Source: Eledone cirrhosa
Taxonomy: Eukaryota
Length of the DNA stretch: 64,000 nt
Assembly: GCA_964016885.1 (NCBI GenBank)
Contig: OZ024742.1
Coordinates: 256,928,001-256,992,000, forward strand
Reading direction: 5' to 3'
Made by a program: the position numbers and the translations under genes. Under the pieces are notes generated by a model that saw nothing but the letters and a program-made list of their open reading frames with translations, did no database searches and had not been told where the DNA came from. This document shows, piece after piece, positions 1 through 14,329 of this stretch. Within the stretch, counting starts at the first letter, position 1. Each line of letters starts with the position of its first letter.

Positions 1-679
1 GTTGGTTTAATATTTTCCCAGTAACAATCCTTAAAATTATGAAAATATGTGCTTCTTAGAAAGCTATATTAAATTCATTAAGATAGACTCATTTATATGC
101 CGGCGATCATGTTATACGCAATGGATCCAGGTAGTATTATATTTCGGTTATATTTAAAAACACATTAACCATAAATGCGCAAATTCATTTATGTATGCAA
201 TCTCAAATCCTAACCTAACCACATTAATGTGTTTACGATATAAATGCATCATACATTCCATCATTGCACTAAATTGAAAGATGAGGCAGCTAACATAGAA
301 CCACTTTTCTCCCCCTTAAATTATTAGATATTAACTTCAATATTTCTAGTCTATAATTGACCATAAACTCCTGTTACTGATCAAAGAAGGGGAGACGCTT
401 AGAAATGTTGTATGTCGATATATTAGCCTTCAAGTCCTAGATTATTTATGTGCACCCAGTTATTAATGTTTGAAGTTCGTTATCAGCTCTCACATACAAA
501 CAAATAAAGTGTCAGCCATTTCTTCACTTTATAGACTAGCTAATATGCAAAGACACTCAGACGAAAAAGGAAAAGTTATTGAGAATTAAAATATAACCAC
601 AAACATCTTCTGCTTCTGTTGACTTTTAAGAGGGAGTATGTTTACTTATTGCGTTACAGAAGTACCACCATTTTCTATC

Positions 680-741
<62 letters not shown>

Positions 742-1207
742 GGGGGGGGGCGAGGAAGAGAAACAGAGGGAAACGGATAGGTAGAGGGAGAGATAGAGGG
801 TGAGGAATGTAAGAGATGACGCATATCGAATCAAATTGAATGTTCCTAACCTTGTTATTATTAATAGTATTACTTTTATTATTAAACAGACATATACACA
901 ACACAGGGAAAGGTAAGGTGACTGTGAATTATTTCAAGCTAGATTCTCTCCCTCCTAAAAACATCACTACGCCATTAACCCCGATTGACGCAAATATCGC
1001 TACAAACGCAGCAAGATAATCAATGAACACTACGTAATGGGCATTACAGTCGTTATAAGATGTGAGAAGTTTATCGCCATGTTATGAATGTTATCACCGC
1101 TATATCTCATTACTTGTTTTCACATGAGAGAAGAAAGATGAATAGAAGGAAAAGCGATATTGTATATGTATGTGCGTATGTATATATGTATACGTATGTA
1201 TATATGT

Positions 1208-1211
<4 letters not shown>

Positions 1212-1296
<85 letters not shown>
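1212..1296. repeat. (TA)n microsatellite, representative of dozens of tracts between 683 and 43300
   Basis: Perfect TA dinucleotide run. Such tracts explain all YIYI-type ORFs in the ORF track. Confidence 0.99.
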
Positions 1297-1300
<4 letters not shown>

Positions 1301-1374
1301 GAGATGAGAGAGAGAAATAGATATATATACGCAATCATAGACTTACACAGACTTATAAAGATATATGTGTTTAC

Positions 1375-1410
<36 letters not shown>

Positions 1411-1639
1411 GTGTGTGTCTGTGTCTGTGTTTACGTGTATGTACAAATATATATATACGATGGGCTCTATCATTGTATTCGAGGCATGAGGGCTAACACA
1501 TTTTACTTACGCTCTACTCCAAACTTCTGTGCTTGTGTCGTCTGTGATAAACTAAATCTGATTCGTGTTCGTGTTTGCAAACTAGACCGGAACATGCACA
1601 CATGCATTTGCCGTTGTCCTAGTTCAGCAATATGCTCAA

Positions 1640-3650
1640 TCCTGTTTTGACATAGTTCTTGTCTATTACGGTCAGATGCACGTTCTTCAGATTATCATAC
1701 TTGTATTCTACTATGCGTGATAGTATTATTTTGCATATCATTGTATCTAAGCAGCTATCTTCCTACGTCCCGTACTCCATCCCAGAGTTGGCTATAAATG
1801 AGAATTGTTGGTAGTTTCTTGTCTTCATCTTAGCAGGAATACCAGGTTGTTTTAATTAATAATGTATCAAGAATGCCTCTATTCTTGTGTATCACATTTA
1901 TGAAACAACTGTGAATTATTCATTCCATGTTAAACCACAGATATTACTAGGACATCTCTTGTGGGAATGTCTTGCTGTGTGATATGACAATGATCCAGAT
2001 ACATACATCAATGTAAAGATAACAACTGCACGCTAATCTGAGATTTTGCTTTTTCAAAAAAAGTTCCCTCTCATTCCTACCATTTCTTGAGGGTATTCAA
2101 AAGCATCACTAACTTTGCAGCATCCAAATAAGCGCTGCAATTCATTTTCCTTCTCAAGGTATTAGAAAGTCTTCACACTAGTGTTGTGTTTCTTCTTTGG
2201 AGAGGTGTTGGGTTCAGCTTGCATATGAATTCTGTTTTATTCACACTCATCTTTAAGCCAAACGTTTGTGCCGCAGAAGACAACTGGCTTGCAGCCTCTT
2301 GGGCGTCCCATAACGAATTAGCTTCTAGAGCCGCATCAACTGCAATGAAATAAGTCTAAAAGCATTTTCGGTCTAGTACGCCCGTTGTCTTTGGGGATTG
2401 AAGAGTTCAATTCAAACAAAACAGCATTATCATAGTGTTTAAAGGCGTACGCATTATCATAGTGTTTAAAGTAATTAGCAAAACGAAAACAGCAAAAAAC
2501 AGGGGCCATTATACACTCCAGCTTTGTCCCATTCTTTACACCAAAAGGATCTGATCAATTGTCATCTGACTTAACAGAAACCTTCAATTCATTTTCGGGA
2601 AGGATGTTATTAAACTGAGCATCACATTAGGAATCCCAAACTTGTTCAGCAGGCAACAATATATCGTGATTGACAGATCAAAAGCCGTTATTAATTTGAC
2701 GATATGGCTATTCGTCTGTTATACATTCTCTTTGCAACATGACGGAACCAATATATCATTTACTTAGGGTCCATTCACCGCACTGAAGCCACCCTTGGAT
2801 TCAGGATAAACATGTGAGTTATTATTGTGTTGAGAACAACTCAATCAATTATCTTGCCCGCCACAAGAAGAAATGGTGTATCCTACGGTTGTCACACAAT
2901 TGCTATTTCCCTTTCAGTGTAAATATTTGGGTAATTTATTAGTCTTTTATTTTCTGAGAATGCTAACTGGATTCTAACTTCTTTCCAAATCAATATTAAC
3001 AAATCGAAAACAATATACACAATTACATTACTTCCATATCTATACACTACTGCTGGTATTGCCTAATAACTAGTTTATTTACCTGATAACATTTGTTTTA
3101 TGGCTGCTTTGATTGTTATGTATGTTGGGACAAAGTCAATTCAAGGATTTCCCGCCTTTAAGAAACTGAATCAATGTCGCCATGATCCACAACATATGTA
3201 CAATTCAAAACTGTTTTGAAGAGATATTCTAGAGGTAAATAATATCGCTTTTATCTGTAAGTTTATTTTGATGACCACACTATTTCACTAATTTCCCACA
3301 ACGTCCGTTGAACTGATTGTTTAGAGTCCAATTATAATTTGTTTTTCGCTAAAGATTTTAATTTGCAAGTCCATATGTTATTTGAGTAGTGTACCTTTGG
3401 AATTGGTGACTGTATTTCTGTATTACCTTTATTGGACCAATGTTGATGCTTACGCTTTGGCAGACCATGAGCTTCAGGTGATGAAGAACGTGTTCTTTCC
3501 TTGAAATATTTCCCCGATTCTTCAATATATTCTCAGATGTCAAGGTGTTCAAGCTGCCCGTCGAACAAATGAGACAACCTAGCCTTTCTTTCACCATCAA
3601 GTGGCGGGACATTTCTTCGTTTAAGAAATGTATATTGTGCCTTCTGTGTT
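1640..3650 (-). mobile_element. Heavily decayed RTE (BovB-like) LINE remnant (APE + RT)
   Basis: Minus-strand motifs read by hand: HVYPESKGGF (~2790; cf. LPESQCGFR), KLITAFDL (~2690; cf. DLTKAFD), PFGVKNGTKLECIMAP (~2520; cf. NGVKQGCVLAP), FIAVDAALEANS...FGLKMSVNKTE (~2240-2350; cf. FADDCAL...FGLTISxKKTE). Many stops and frameshifts. Confidence 0.8.
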
Positions 3651-3717
3651 TTACAGTGCAACAGAGAATGATCAGATAAACAACATGTACTATTGAAGAA
3701 CTGTTACTTAATATAAG

Positions 3718-3927
3718 TTTGTACACGTACATACATATATGTATACAGACGTACAGTAGTATGTATATATATATACATACATGCACACATATATATAGAT
3801 GTACGTATGGATTCACCGAACATTTATTATAATGCTCGGTGTGTTTGTAAACAAACATCCCGTATTAAGCCGTAATGTCTAGAAACCATCGTTGCTCGTT
3901 TGTTCAACACTGACAAAGGAACGCTGT
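3718..3927 (-). repeat. Old, 5'-truncated copy of the ~0.5-kb HHR tandem repeat family (see 40377-41855)
   Basis: Matches the reverse complement of the unit (gtatacagacgtacagtag...ttgttcaacactgacaaaggaacg). Similarity stops at ~3927. Confidence 0.75.
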
Positions 3928-4284
3928 TTACAAAGGTTAGATTTAATAATATTCTATTTATCAACATTAGTATATTTACAAATTACATAAAAATAAAATC
4001 ATTTCAAAGGAATTCAATCGTTCATATTTATATATTTGAAATTATAATTCATCTCTTTTTCTAGACATTTAATACAAATTGGTACGTGTAGCTTTATTTT
4101 CACATTGAGCCGTCTGATTTATTTACTTAATTGAAGTTGCCTTATATTTCGAGTAAAATGTCTTTGTCGGGGTGCCATATGAAACAAACGGTAAGATTGT
4201 GTGTGCAAGTATGTGCCGATTAGCTGGGGTTAACAGGTTTCGAGAAATAATGTGTTTTACAATCCTGCGCATTATACATACATA

Positions 4285-4793
<509 letters not shown>

Positions 4794-4893
4794 AGGGATT
4801 GTAACGACATGTTATTGTAGGTTTACCCAGGTAAGCACCCGATGTCTACATTCACGTCTTTAGCGAGATGTAGAACTAAGCAGATTGTAAATA

Positions 4894-5920
4894 TAATAAT
4901 ACAAAGACGATTTGTTAAGTCTTCGTTATTTGGTGTCACGCGTTTAGCTTTTGATACACTGAACGTTCGATATATATCGATCTGGCCCGACTTTGTGCCA
5001 AGATCGAAAATTCTAATAAACTGCAAACACTCCTGGAAGCATACATTCTCCGCCTTGGTATTTGGGCACGAACCACGGACAAAATATAACCAACTAAACA
5101 CAATGCTGTGCCCGTGTAGGTATACAGGATAATCAATATATACATTGCATACGCTTTTCCAGGAAAAAATACATCTAGAAATGTATGCCCGTGTGGCTTC
5201 AAATCATCTATTGTGTATACGCGTGTGGGGTGATGCATGAGTGTATATAATGTGCATTGATGCATGTGTGAAGGTGCGTGCTTGCGCGTATGTCTCTGGA
5301 TATGTGGGTACACATGTATATTTATATTCCTTTTTATATTCTTTTCACACAATATGCACTGCACCGTTGTCTTGCCCCTACCAACAGTTTCATAGCAACC
5401 TCCCCCCCCCCCAAATGTTTATAATCTTTTCAAAGACTTACCTCATAACATAATTCATTACTTCACTAATGCTTTATAGCGCAAATCCCCTTTAACAATG
5501 AATAAACAGCTTACAAATAAGGCCCACCCCAACCTAGTATAACCTACATGCCTTATGTCTCCCCTCCTTCCTTTCCACTCTATCTTCCGTGATAAGCTGA
5601 GGACCAGCAACCCCTTCCCCCCTAGCCTTAGTGAAGCATGGCACTCTTTCATGTCACATCAAGCACAGCCCTACTACATCCACATCACACACAGCACCAC
5701 CACCTCACCACTACACGCTAAAATGTCTATGATGAGCCAAAACACCACAACCCCGCCCCTTATAGAAACCATCGCTCCATACAATAGCATGGTTCCGACG
5801 AGATGTTCATTCCAGAGTCGGGCCAGATCGAAATTTGAGCTTATAAATAGCGAAACGCGCGTTACCAATCGATAAACGTAAAAACATAATGAAGGCTTAA
5901 CAAATCGTTCTTATATTATT
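4894..5920. repeat. Diverged inverted repeat (arms ~4894-4993 / ~5817-5920)
   Basis: cgatctggcccgact vs agtcgggccagatcg, and gacgatttgttaagtcttc vs gaaggcttaacaaatcgtt. The right arm carries GAAA CGCGCG TTA, an HHR-like stem III. Confidence 0.65.
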
Positions 5921-6067
5921 CTCTCTCTCTCTATATATATATGTGTGTGTGTGTATATTTTTTTTGTTTGTACCCCTTCCACCGTTATTCCTCCGTTTCC
6001 CCCCTTTTTCTAAATGTCTCTCCCCCACTCCCCAACACACCCTTGGAACTCTCTTCCCACACACTTT

Positions 6068-6108
6068 TCGCCTGAAGAAGGGCTTATGCCCGAAACGTCG
6101 TTCCCCGA
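6068..6108 (+). ncRNA. Minimal type-I hammerhead ribozyme in a PLE-type terminal repeat (~5960-6177; second copy ~32570-32785)
   Basis: CTGAAGA-A-GGGC ttat GCCC-GAAA-CGTCG-TT. Stem I is weak. AATAAA follows, then a TA tract. Confidence 0.75.
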
Positions 6109-6198
6109 CCCTCACTCCCAAGAGCGTGAAACTAATAAACCTTTGTTCGTACTGCCTCTCTGTTTGTTCCCGTTCCATGTATCACTATATATATATAT

Positions 6199-6273
<75 letters not shown>

Positions 6274-6506
6274 TATGTGTGTGTGTGTATGGTTGACGAG
6301 AAAGAGAAAGAAGGATTCAATACCGTAGTAGAGATTTAATATTGATTTATATTAAGACGAAAGTGTGAGACATGTTAGACCGGAGTTTCGCCTTTTTATC
6401 AAAGGGTCATCTTACAAGAAATCTTCCCTGCTGACTTTGTGATACACACGCGAAAATCTAGAGTAACATGATTCACTTTAAAGCCTTAATACGAATGAAT
6501 ATTTAC

Positions 6507-6599
<93 letters not shown>

Positions 6600-6680
6600 G
6601 AGATAGATATATAGTTATATAGAAAGATAGATGGATAGATAGATAGAGAGAGAGAGATAGTTAGATAAATAGATAGATAA

Positions 6681-8829
6681 CTTTCTTTTTATTTGCCACC
6701 AGGGCATCAAAAGTGGGACAAGTTCAAAGGGGGGAGTTTACATGCAAAGGCGTCTTCAATATGAGGAGGCAATAACAAGATATAAAAGTATAAAAATAAA
6801 ATAAAATATAACAAAATACATTTTATAACAAAATCCTCAATAGGGAGGAGGCGCCTTGGGGGGGTCGCACACACCCCCGAAAAAAAGTGTGCAACCCTTC
6901 TCCTCAGGAGCAAAGAGAGGGGCTGCTCCCTTGGTCTTTTATCTTCCTCACCTATAGTCTGATGTAGAGAGAAGGCCCATTCACACGGGCCATTCTCGCC
7001 ACTTTCACCCATCTTTCATAAAAACGGCTGGGGTGCAGCACCTCTCTCTCCATCCTGATCCTTCTTCCGAAATGATATCGGAAGAAACGGACCAGTTGTT
7101 GGCCAGAGAGAAAGGTGTCTGACCTCAGTCCTTTCAGACGCGTCCACCATACAACCTCTTTCGCCATGGCTATTACGCACAGAAACACCGCCTCTCCTTC
7201 GTTTTTGAAGAGGGGACCGACTTGATCGTTACAATAGACTCGGTGGTCAAGCGGATCGGTCCCACCCTTGACAGCAGTTGTTCGACATAGCCCCACAGAT
7301 CGGCAATGCCCGAGCAGTGTACCAAAGCGTGTGCAACGGTTTCCTCGTCGCACACGCATCTGGGACAGATCTTTTTCGAGGGGTTCCTTACACGGACGCC
7401 CGTGTCTGTAGAGCCTTTCTCGAAAGGGCAGAGCCCCTCTGTAGCACTGCCAGGCCAGGGAGCTCTGGCAGTTATCCATGGGTCCCGGGCTGAATGTCCT
7501 ACCGAACAGGCTGTACAGTTCGTCTTCCTCCATGCCTTGGGCGTCTCCGAGGGCGTCGTCGCACCTGCTAACCACCAGCCCTCTATAGAATGAAGAGGTA
7601 GATTCTCCACTGACAGCCGTGTCCGCCTGCCAGAGGGCCGTGAGCGCCTGGGCAAACTCGCTGTGCCAGGCGCCCAGTTTTCTCGGTCTTTGCTTGACCC
7701 ATGATTGCAGCTCGGTGAGTGAGACGAGTCTGGGAAATGCTAACCTCACAAACGGGGCCAACACCGGGTAACCGGTGGGGAATACCTAGAGGTGCTGTAG
7801 CCTTAATGCGTGTTTACGTATCATTAGCCACGGCATCCCCAGCCCTCCTTTCGAAGGGTGTTGACAGCAGATGGATCTCCTCACCATAGGAGCCCGCTTC
7901 TTCCAAAGGAATTGGAAGAGTGCTCGCTCCATTTTGGCGAGCGTTTCCCTTGGGCAAGGCACAACGGTCAGGCGGTAGTAGATGACGGAGGCTATATAAG
8001 TGTTCGCCACCTCTGCCCGACCTTTCAGGGACAGTTTGCACTCGGCCCACTTCTGGGTCAGTGCAAACACCCTGTTCGTTACCTCACCCCAGTTCTTCTC
8101 CACCTGGAGGTCTGTTCCGAACCAGACCCCGAGCAACTTCACCGGGCCCTCCGTCCAGTGCCCGACGACGCCATCGGAGGGCATCGATCTGCCCCTCCAC
8201 GTGCCGAATTGAAGACAGATCGACTTGTCCCGGTTCAGCTTAGCCCCTGTAAACCTTTAGTACTCAGCCAGTAAGGTGCCGATCGCCCCAATTTCCGAGG
8301 GCGTCGTCACCATTACTGTTACTCGTCGGCGTAGGCCGACACCGCTTTCCGCAATCCCGGTTCCAACGGGATGCCCTGCAACAACTCCAACTTCTGCAGC
8401 AGTGACTCTAGAGTCATTACATACAGAAGGGAGGAGAGAGGGCACCCTTGTCGGATGGACCGCGCGATTTCGAACGGCTCCGAGAGGTAGCCGTTCACCT
8501 TGACCCTGGAGCAGATGTGGCTGCTGTGCATGGCATTGATCCAGCCCCTGAAAACGGGTACGAAGCCTGCCGCCGCTAGCACCGCGTCCAGGTAACTATG
8601 GTCGACCCTATCGATCGCCTTAGATTGATCCAAGTTGATCAGGGCTCCACCAAAGGCGGGTTCGTTCCCAACCCTCTCTATGATGTATCGCATGAGGTGG
8701 AGGTTGTCGTGGATGGACCTGGACGGGATAGCACATGTCTGCGCATCTCCCACCAGGTTTCCCACGACAAGCGCCAACCTCTTTGCTAGCACCTTGGCCA
8801 AAATCTGTAACTCTGTATTTAGCAGAGTT
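6681..8829 (-). mobile_element. 5'-truncated Tx1-clade LINE (RT C-terminal half, C-terminal Cys-rich domain, 3' UTR) in a (TATC)n tract
   Basis: ORF pieces with LDQSKAIDRVDH, RQGCPLS, AYADE, KLLGVWFG and CPRCVCDEETVAHALVHC, homologous to ORF2 at 52377 and 58273. Frameshifted. AATAAA at the 3' end, (TATC)n on both flanks. Confidence 0.93.
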
Positions 8830-8839
8830 AGATAAATAA

Positions 8840-8875
<36 letters not shown>

Positions 8876-8879
8876 ATAA

Positions 8880-8982
8880 CTTTCATTTTATTTGCCACCA
8901 GGGCATCAAAAGTGGGACAAGTACAAAGGGGGGAGTTTACATGTAAATGCTCCTCAATATGGAGGAGGCAATAACAAGATAA
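8880..8982 (-). mobile_element. ~100-bp 3'-end-only copy of the same (TATC)n-associated Tx1 family
   Basis: Near-identical to 6680-6782 (tttgccaccagggcatcaaaagtgggacaag...gaggcaataacaagata). Flanked by GATA repeats. Confidence 0.9.
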
Positions 8983-9732
8983 ATAGATATATATATAGAT
9001 AGATAGATAGATATATAGATAGATAGTAAGATAGATATGTTATGCACAGAAATATTTTTAAATTCCTTTCGGGAAGGCTATTCCCTCTTGCTAATCTGCC
9101 CGAACTTGCACACACAATCATACTATTTGATTCATAAGGCACACCGACATATGTTAATTTAATACTTGGTAGCTATTTCTCAATTATGTGTACGGGGTCA
9201 GCTAAGTTTATATGAATATTGTAATATAAAACTATATCCCAAATAGCTTGCTCATTCATTTTCTCGTATCACTCTATGTATCTAAACGCAATCATCCGCT
9301 CAAAACCATCCTGTTCCTTACATACCTCCGTTTCTTTTCACATCACAATTCAAGTTAGGATTGGGTACATTATCATTAAATCAGCCAACATTCATGCTAT
9401 CCAAACGAGTTCCAAATTTGCCTTCTACACCTCTGGATCTAAAAACGTGTCTGTGAATTCCAATGCATTATACAATGCATTTTACGGTTTAACTCTGTAT
9501 ATTTACAAGGGAATCCACTGAAAGCAATGTCATAATTGACTAAATCTTAGCAAATATATAATGCAAAACAGCTTATTATATGATGTCTTTTCAAGAGCAT
9601 TAATCAAAACGTCTTTTTATAAGACATTGATAACCGATTGCATAAGATAGCCATCCTATATCTATTCATATATGTATACATATGTATATTTATATACATA
9701 TATACGTATATGTGTACATATATGTATATATG

Positions 9733-9765
<33 letters not shown>

Positions 9766-12701
9766 ATATACAGGAAGTAGATCTTTATGTGAAGATTTAC
9801 GAGAAATATATATTCACTGACTTGCCCAAACTAAGGAAATGTGCCCTACTCATAACTTCATTATGTGAAAATTGTTAGTGAGAGAACTTAAGTACTAAAT
9901 ATATCGAATAGCTTTCATTTATGTTCATGTGAGTGACTTTGCAATATAGATTTTTTTGTATATCTTCTAGCAACACAAATACAATTATTTATGAAGGTAA
10001 GTGATTGTCTACAAAATTTGACATACTGCCAAATGACTCTACCCCACAATAAATTATTATAGAAAAATCTATGCTGACCCTTTCGTCATATTATCTTCAT
10101 GAATTTTAGTAAGAAAACAAGATGTAATAAATCATTTTACATTATCTCGCTGAAAGAGTTTTTTTTCTGGTAAGGACAAAGAGAAAATATCACACAGAGG
10201 CGAAGAATGTATGGGTTGTCTTTTTATCACGCCGTAACGTCCTGTGCCATTTCAAACCGCATTAGACAATAGGTCTTGAATAGTACAAAATAAGACTGAT
10301 TATATCATATTAAATAATGCAGGCATTATTTTAATACTGCACATCTTCACAATGGTCGCTCCTCTACTAAATATACGCTAAACGTTTTAATTAACAAAAC
10401 GCACGAAACCAGATTGATATGATATTTTTCAACATTATGAAACAACACGTCTCCTACAATACATTAAAAGTTAAATTCTTTACTTTAATACAACAGATCA
10501 TCATAAGGAACTGTCCACTCGTAAAGTTTCTATGAATATTTGAATCAACCAATCTAATTTTATATATAATAAATTGAGATTTTGAGTATCATCAATTGGA
10601 ACCAATTTTAAATTATTCTTTTGATACCGACACCCTAATTACTTAACAGTTTATTATGTCTCTTCTTTGACATGTGTTCAATAAAATCAACCACATGAAC
10701 ATCAAACAATATTAACATAATATCAATAAATAGGTTTGAACATGTCATCATTTAAAATTTCTTATTCAGTATATTTTAACCAACAAAAGGAGAAAAAAAC
10801 ATAGGTGAGAAAGCAAGTCTTTGGGAAAATCAACATTCTTGACTGAGAGGTTTATCTTAGATAAATCCCGCGGATTAGCTGGTAAAAAGAGAGACATGGA
10901 GAACAAACATCGTTAGTCTCAGTCTAAGACATTTCACCACAGATGAGAAATTTTCCTTGCAATTTTATTGAGAAACGAAGAAATATCTGAGGTAAATGAT
11001 AGACATCCAATATATATCGAGCAAACAGTATCTAAATTTAATCACTTAAATTTCGCCAAATTTATCTACCCAAATCAACAATGGTGTTATTCTTTATCAC
11101 GCAACGGAATAGATCTGTATGTCCTTTGCTATTCATGATAAACACATGTTATTTTTATAATATATTTGTGATATTTAATAATGTATTTGGGTTAGCACAA
11201 TAACTGAAGGAGAAATGTCTTGGATGTTATCAATATAATTGTCACTAATGCCTTAACATTTGATTGAGTAGTAGTTGCGCCATCGCGATGAAGGGTATTT
11301 AGGGCGCGTTATAATCCTTGAAGATCCTATCACTTTCTTGAACTGAACGTATCCAATATCTTTGCGACGAGAGTTTGTGTGTGTGCGTATCTGTGTCTGA
11401 GAGAGCGAGAGGGAAAGAGAGGAGGTGAGGGATAAAGAGATAGAGAGAGAATGTAAGAAAGAAAATGTTCGTGCTACTTATTTTATAGAGTTTGTAAGAA
11501 TGAAAGGCAAGCATAACTTCGGCAGGATTTGAACAATCCAATCAGAGTGTCAAAATGAATATCGCAAATAATTTCATTCGACCTTATAAGAATTCAGCCA
11601 CTTTGCCGACTGCAGGGTGTATTTGCTAAGTAATTGTATTGTGCATTGGAAGTTAAAAGAACATTTAAAAACAAATGGTTCCAGATTATGCCAATTAAAA
11701 TTGAGTAAAAAGTTTGAGGAAAAATATCCAATATTAATATCACTCATATCTATACAGAAAAGCATAACACATTATTATCAGTAAATTTTATGAATTTAAA
11801 TACTTGCATACGTTTGCAACAAATGCATCCAATGATATGTAAACACAAGGTTACTATATTTTCACATACATAAATATTTGAGAGTTAAGATATATTAAGT
11901 TTTACGCAATAGAAAATGCCATAGTGACATACTGAATTGCTTCAGGATCTGTTAGACACGCAGTGACTAACAGCAGAATGTTTTAAGTCTGCGTGTCTTG
12001 ACATATATGCGTAGCTTGTGAATAAAAAAATCAAGGGGTTTCGCTGGCCGTGGTGATCCCTGCAACCATCTTTTGTAATGTATCATCTTTTTGGCTAATT
12101 TCATCGTCTTATTTGCTAATCAACCAATGAGAGTAATTGTTGCTCAAAACCATCCGCCACTTTGTTTGCACGTTTATTTATCGTTTCGCTTTCGAATATT
12201 CCTCCTGTATTTCGTCGTTTTTATCATCAAATTATTTTTCTCGTTTTCGTAAGTTATATTGTTAATTTATATAAGATTTTTTTAAATTTATAGTAACTAT
12301 TTTTTTTTTCAGTTCATTATAACATGCTTATAATATTGGTTGTATCATGTTTACTTCTATATTTGTCCATATTATTGTTCGTTTTATGTTATATTATGTT
12401 ATTATTATTATGTTAGATTATTTTTTTATTATTATGTTAAACTATTTGTATGTGATATTTAATTTTTATTAATTCAACTATACAATTATTATGTAAAATA
12501 TATTTATTTAATATTGATTGTTTTTTAGTAATTGTTTATATTAAAATCTGAAAATATTTTTATACATCTTACAATAATATTTATAAGATCATTTATAAAA
12601 TAACAATTAGATAATCTAATTACATTACAACGATAATTTATTATTAATATATATCATGTTTAATTAGAGTTATTACAAGCGTTGCCTGAAAAATATATTA
12701 A

Positions 12702-13124
12702 ACTAGACCTGAAATATGCGCAAGCTCAAAAGAGCCACATAAACCTTCAAAAGTATGGGACTAGAGTTGTTGCTCAAACATATTGTAATCATTATCTATC
12801 GTACAATCTGTGGCATCTTTTATAAAAAAGAGACTCTTAACGAACTGAAGACGACACGATAATTATTTAAGTGAATTTATAATATAGAATTCGGTTTAAG
12901 TGCATTTCGAATTAATCATTACTACACATATAATATGAGATATTGAACATTAGCTTAAATAATTATCGTGTCGTTATGAGTCGCTTTCTTATAAAAGGAT
13001 ACCACATAGTGTACGATAGATAATGATTACAATATTTTTTAGCAACAACTCTATTTGAAGGTTTATTATAACATTATGTGGCATTATGTGGCTCTTTTGA
13101 GCTTGCGCATTTTTCATGTCTAGT
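12702..13124. repeat. Fold-back element (arms 12702-12871 / 12954-13124), MITE-like, no HHR
   Basis: actagacctgaaatatgcgcaagctcaaaagagccacat... is the reverse complement of ...atgtggctcttttgagcttgcgcatttttcatgtctagt. Confidence 0.85.
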
Positions 13125-13433
13125 AAAATAAAGGTGTTATTATTTCTAATATTTCGATGTTAATAAAATTGCGGTTAGCATTGTGTCACACGCAAGATAT
13201 TTGGATAATTTAATCATGTCCAGGTTTTCTTAAACTATAGTGATGTCGTGAAAGACCTAAATTTGTTAGGCTAGTACACCAATACTAATAGTATAAAAAA
13301 TATTTCCTATAATGAAATGTAGTTTACAAGCATTAATAAGTTACAGAAAAGAAATAAAATCTGATATAAAGAAATACGATAATATTAATGAAGATAAATA
13401 AATCTGTATAATAAGGAATACGAAATGGTTTAG

Positions 13434-13669
13434 TTAACACTTTCGTTACCATATTTCTAATAAAAGACAGATTATTATTTTTAAAATATTCCAAAATGTT
13501 TAAGTATTTAATAACGTCACTAACCCCCTGTTCTTAAAACTGTCTTGGAATATGAAAAAACATTTTTACGTAATATTTCTATGAAAGGTTTTTAGATAAA
13601 CATAAAAAAAAACTTTGAAATTATCGATTTTAAGTGCGGAGAGAAGATATTTCGCACAACAAGGGTTAA
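13434..13669. mobile_element. Degenerate piggyBac-like MITE
   Basis: TTAA-CACTT...AAGGG-TTAA termini, consistent with a TTAA target duplication and CCCTT/AAGGG ends (one mismatch). Confidence 0.45.
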
Positions 13670-13754
13670 ATACTGGTTGTATCCACAACAATGTTGTCTA
13701 AAAATATGATTGCTTTCGTATTTATGCATATAACAGAGATATCATGGTTCACGA

Positions 13755-13880
13755 AGGTCGATTGTATGAGTCGATTACATCGGAACAATATTTGGATAGT
13801 TCTTTATTTTATCGGCTTCGGAAGGATAAAAGACAAAATGAACATCCGTTGGATATGAACACAAAATGTAAAGACTAAAA
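13755..13880 (-). mobile_element. SINE fragment, same family as 39456-39558 and 43336-43523
   Basis: ttttatcggcttcggaaggataaaagacaaa is a diverged reverse complement of tttgcctttcatccttacggggtcgataaaa. Confidence 0.65.
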
Positions 13881-14329
13881 GTTTCTCTGTCTATCCATCT
13901 AGTCTGCGAACCCAGCATCACGTGTTAAACGCTAATTCACATTGACTTTAGATATGTATATTAAAGCCCATGATTTTCAATCCAAGGTGTGTGCATATGT
14001 TATCATGATATGATCTAAACAACTGAAACATGATGATGAAGTGCTGGATTTTAGATTGAACATATAACAATAACAACACATTAATTGATGGTGTGATTAT
14101 ATGCCATATATAACTGAGTAGATCGGTCCTCTAGCTTCACCGAGTCAACGGTTAACCCTTCAACGAAAAATATTTTGTTTTACTCTATGCATGGGCATTT
14201 ATAGATGAACTTGTAACTTAAAACTGTGAAGCGGTATGAGTGTTTCATAGTGGCGGGTGTAGTTGTCACATCGAATGCGGTTAGTATAGTAGGTGTACAT
14301 GTTATTAAATGACAGAAGTAGGTAAGTAC

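Noticed and set aside
9200-12700. Possible host exons or promoter (GTAAGT at ~9997, CCAAT near 12124)
   Set aside because: No coherent ORF, acceptor-donor pair or recognisable protein motif. These signals are expected by chance.
12845-12851. CTGAAGA inside the 12702-13124 fold-back as an HHR core
   Set aside because: No stem II-GAAA-stem III-UH follows, and the motif is absent from the other arm.
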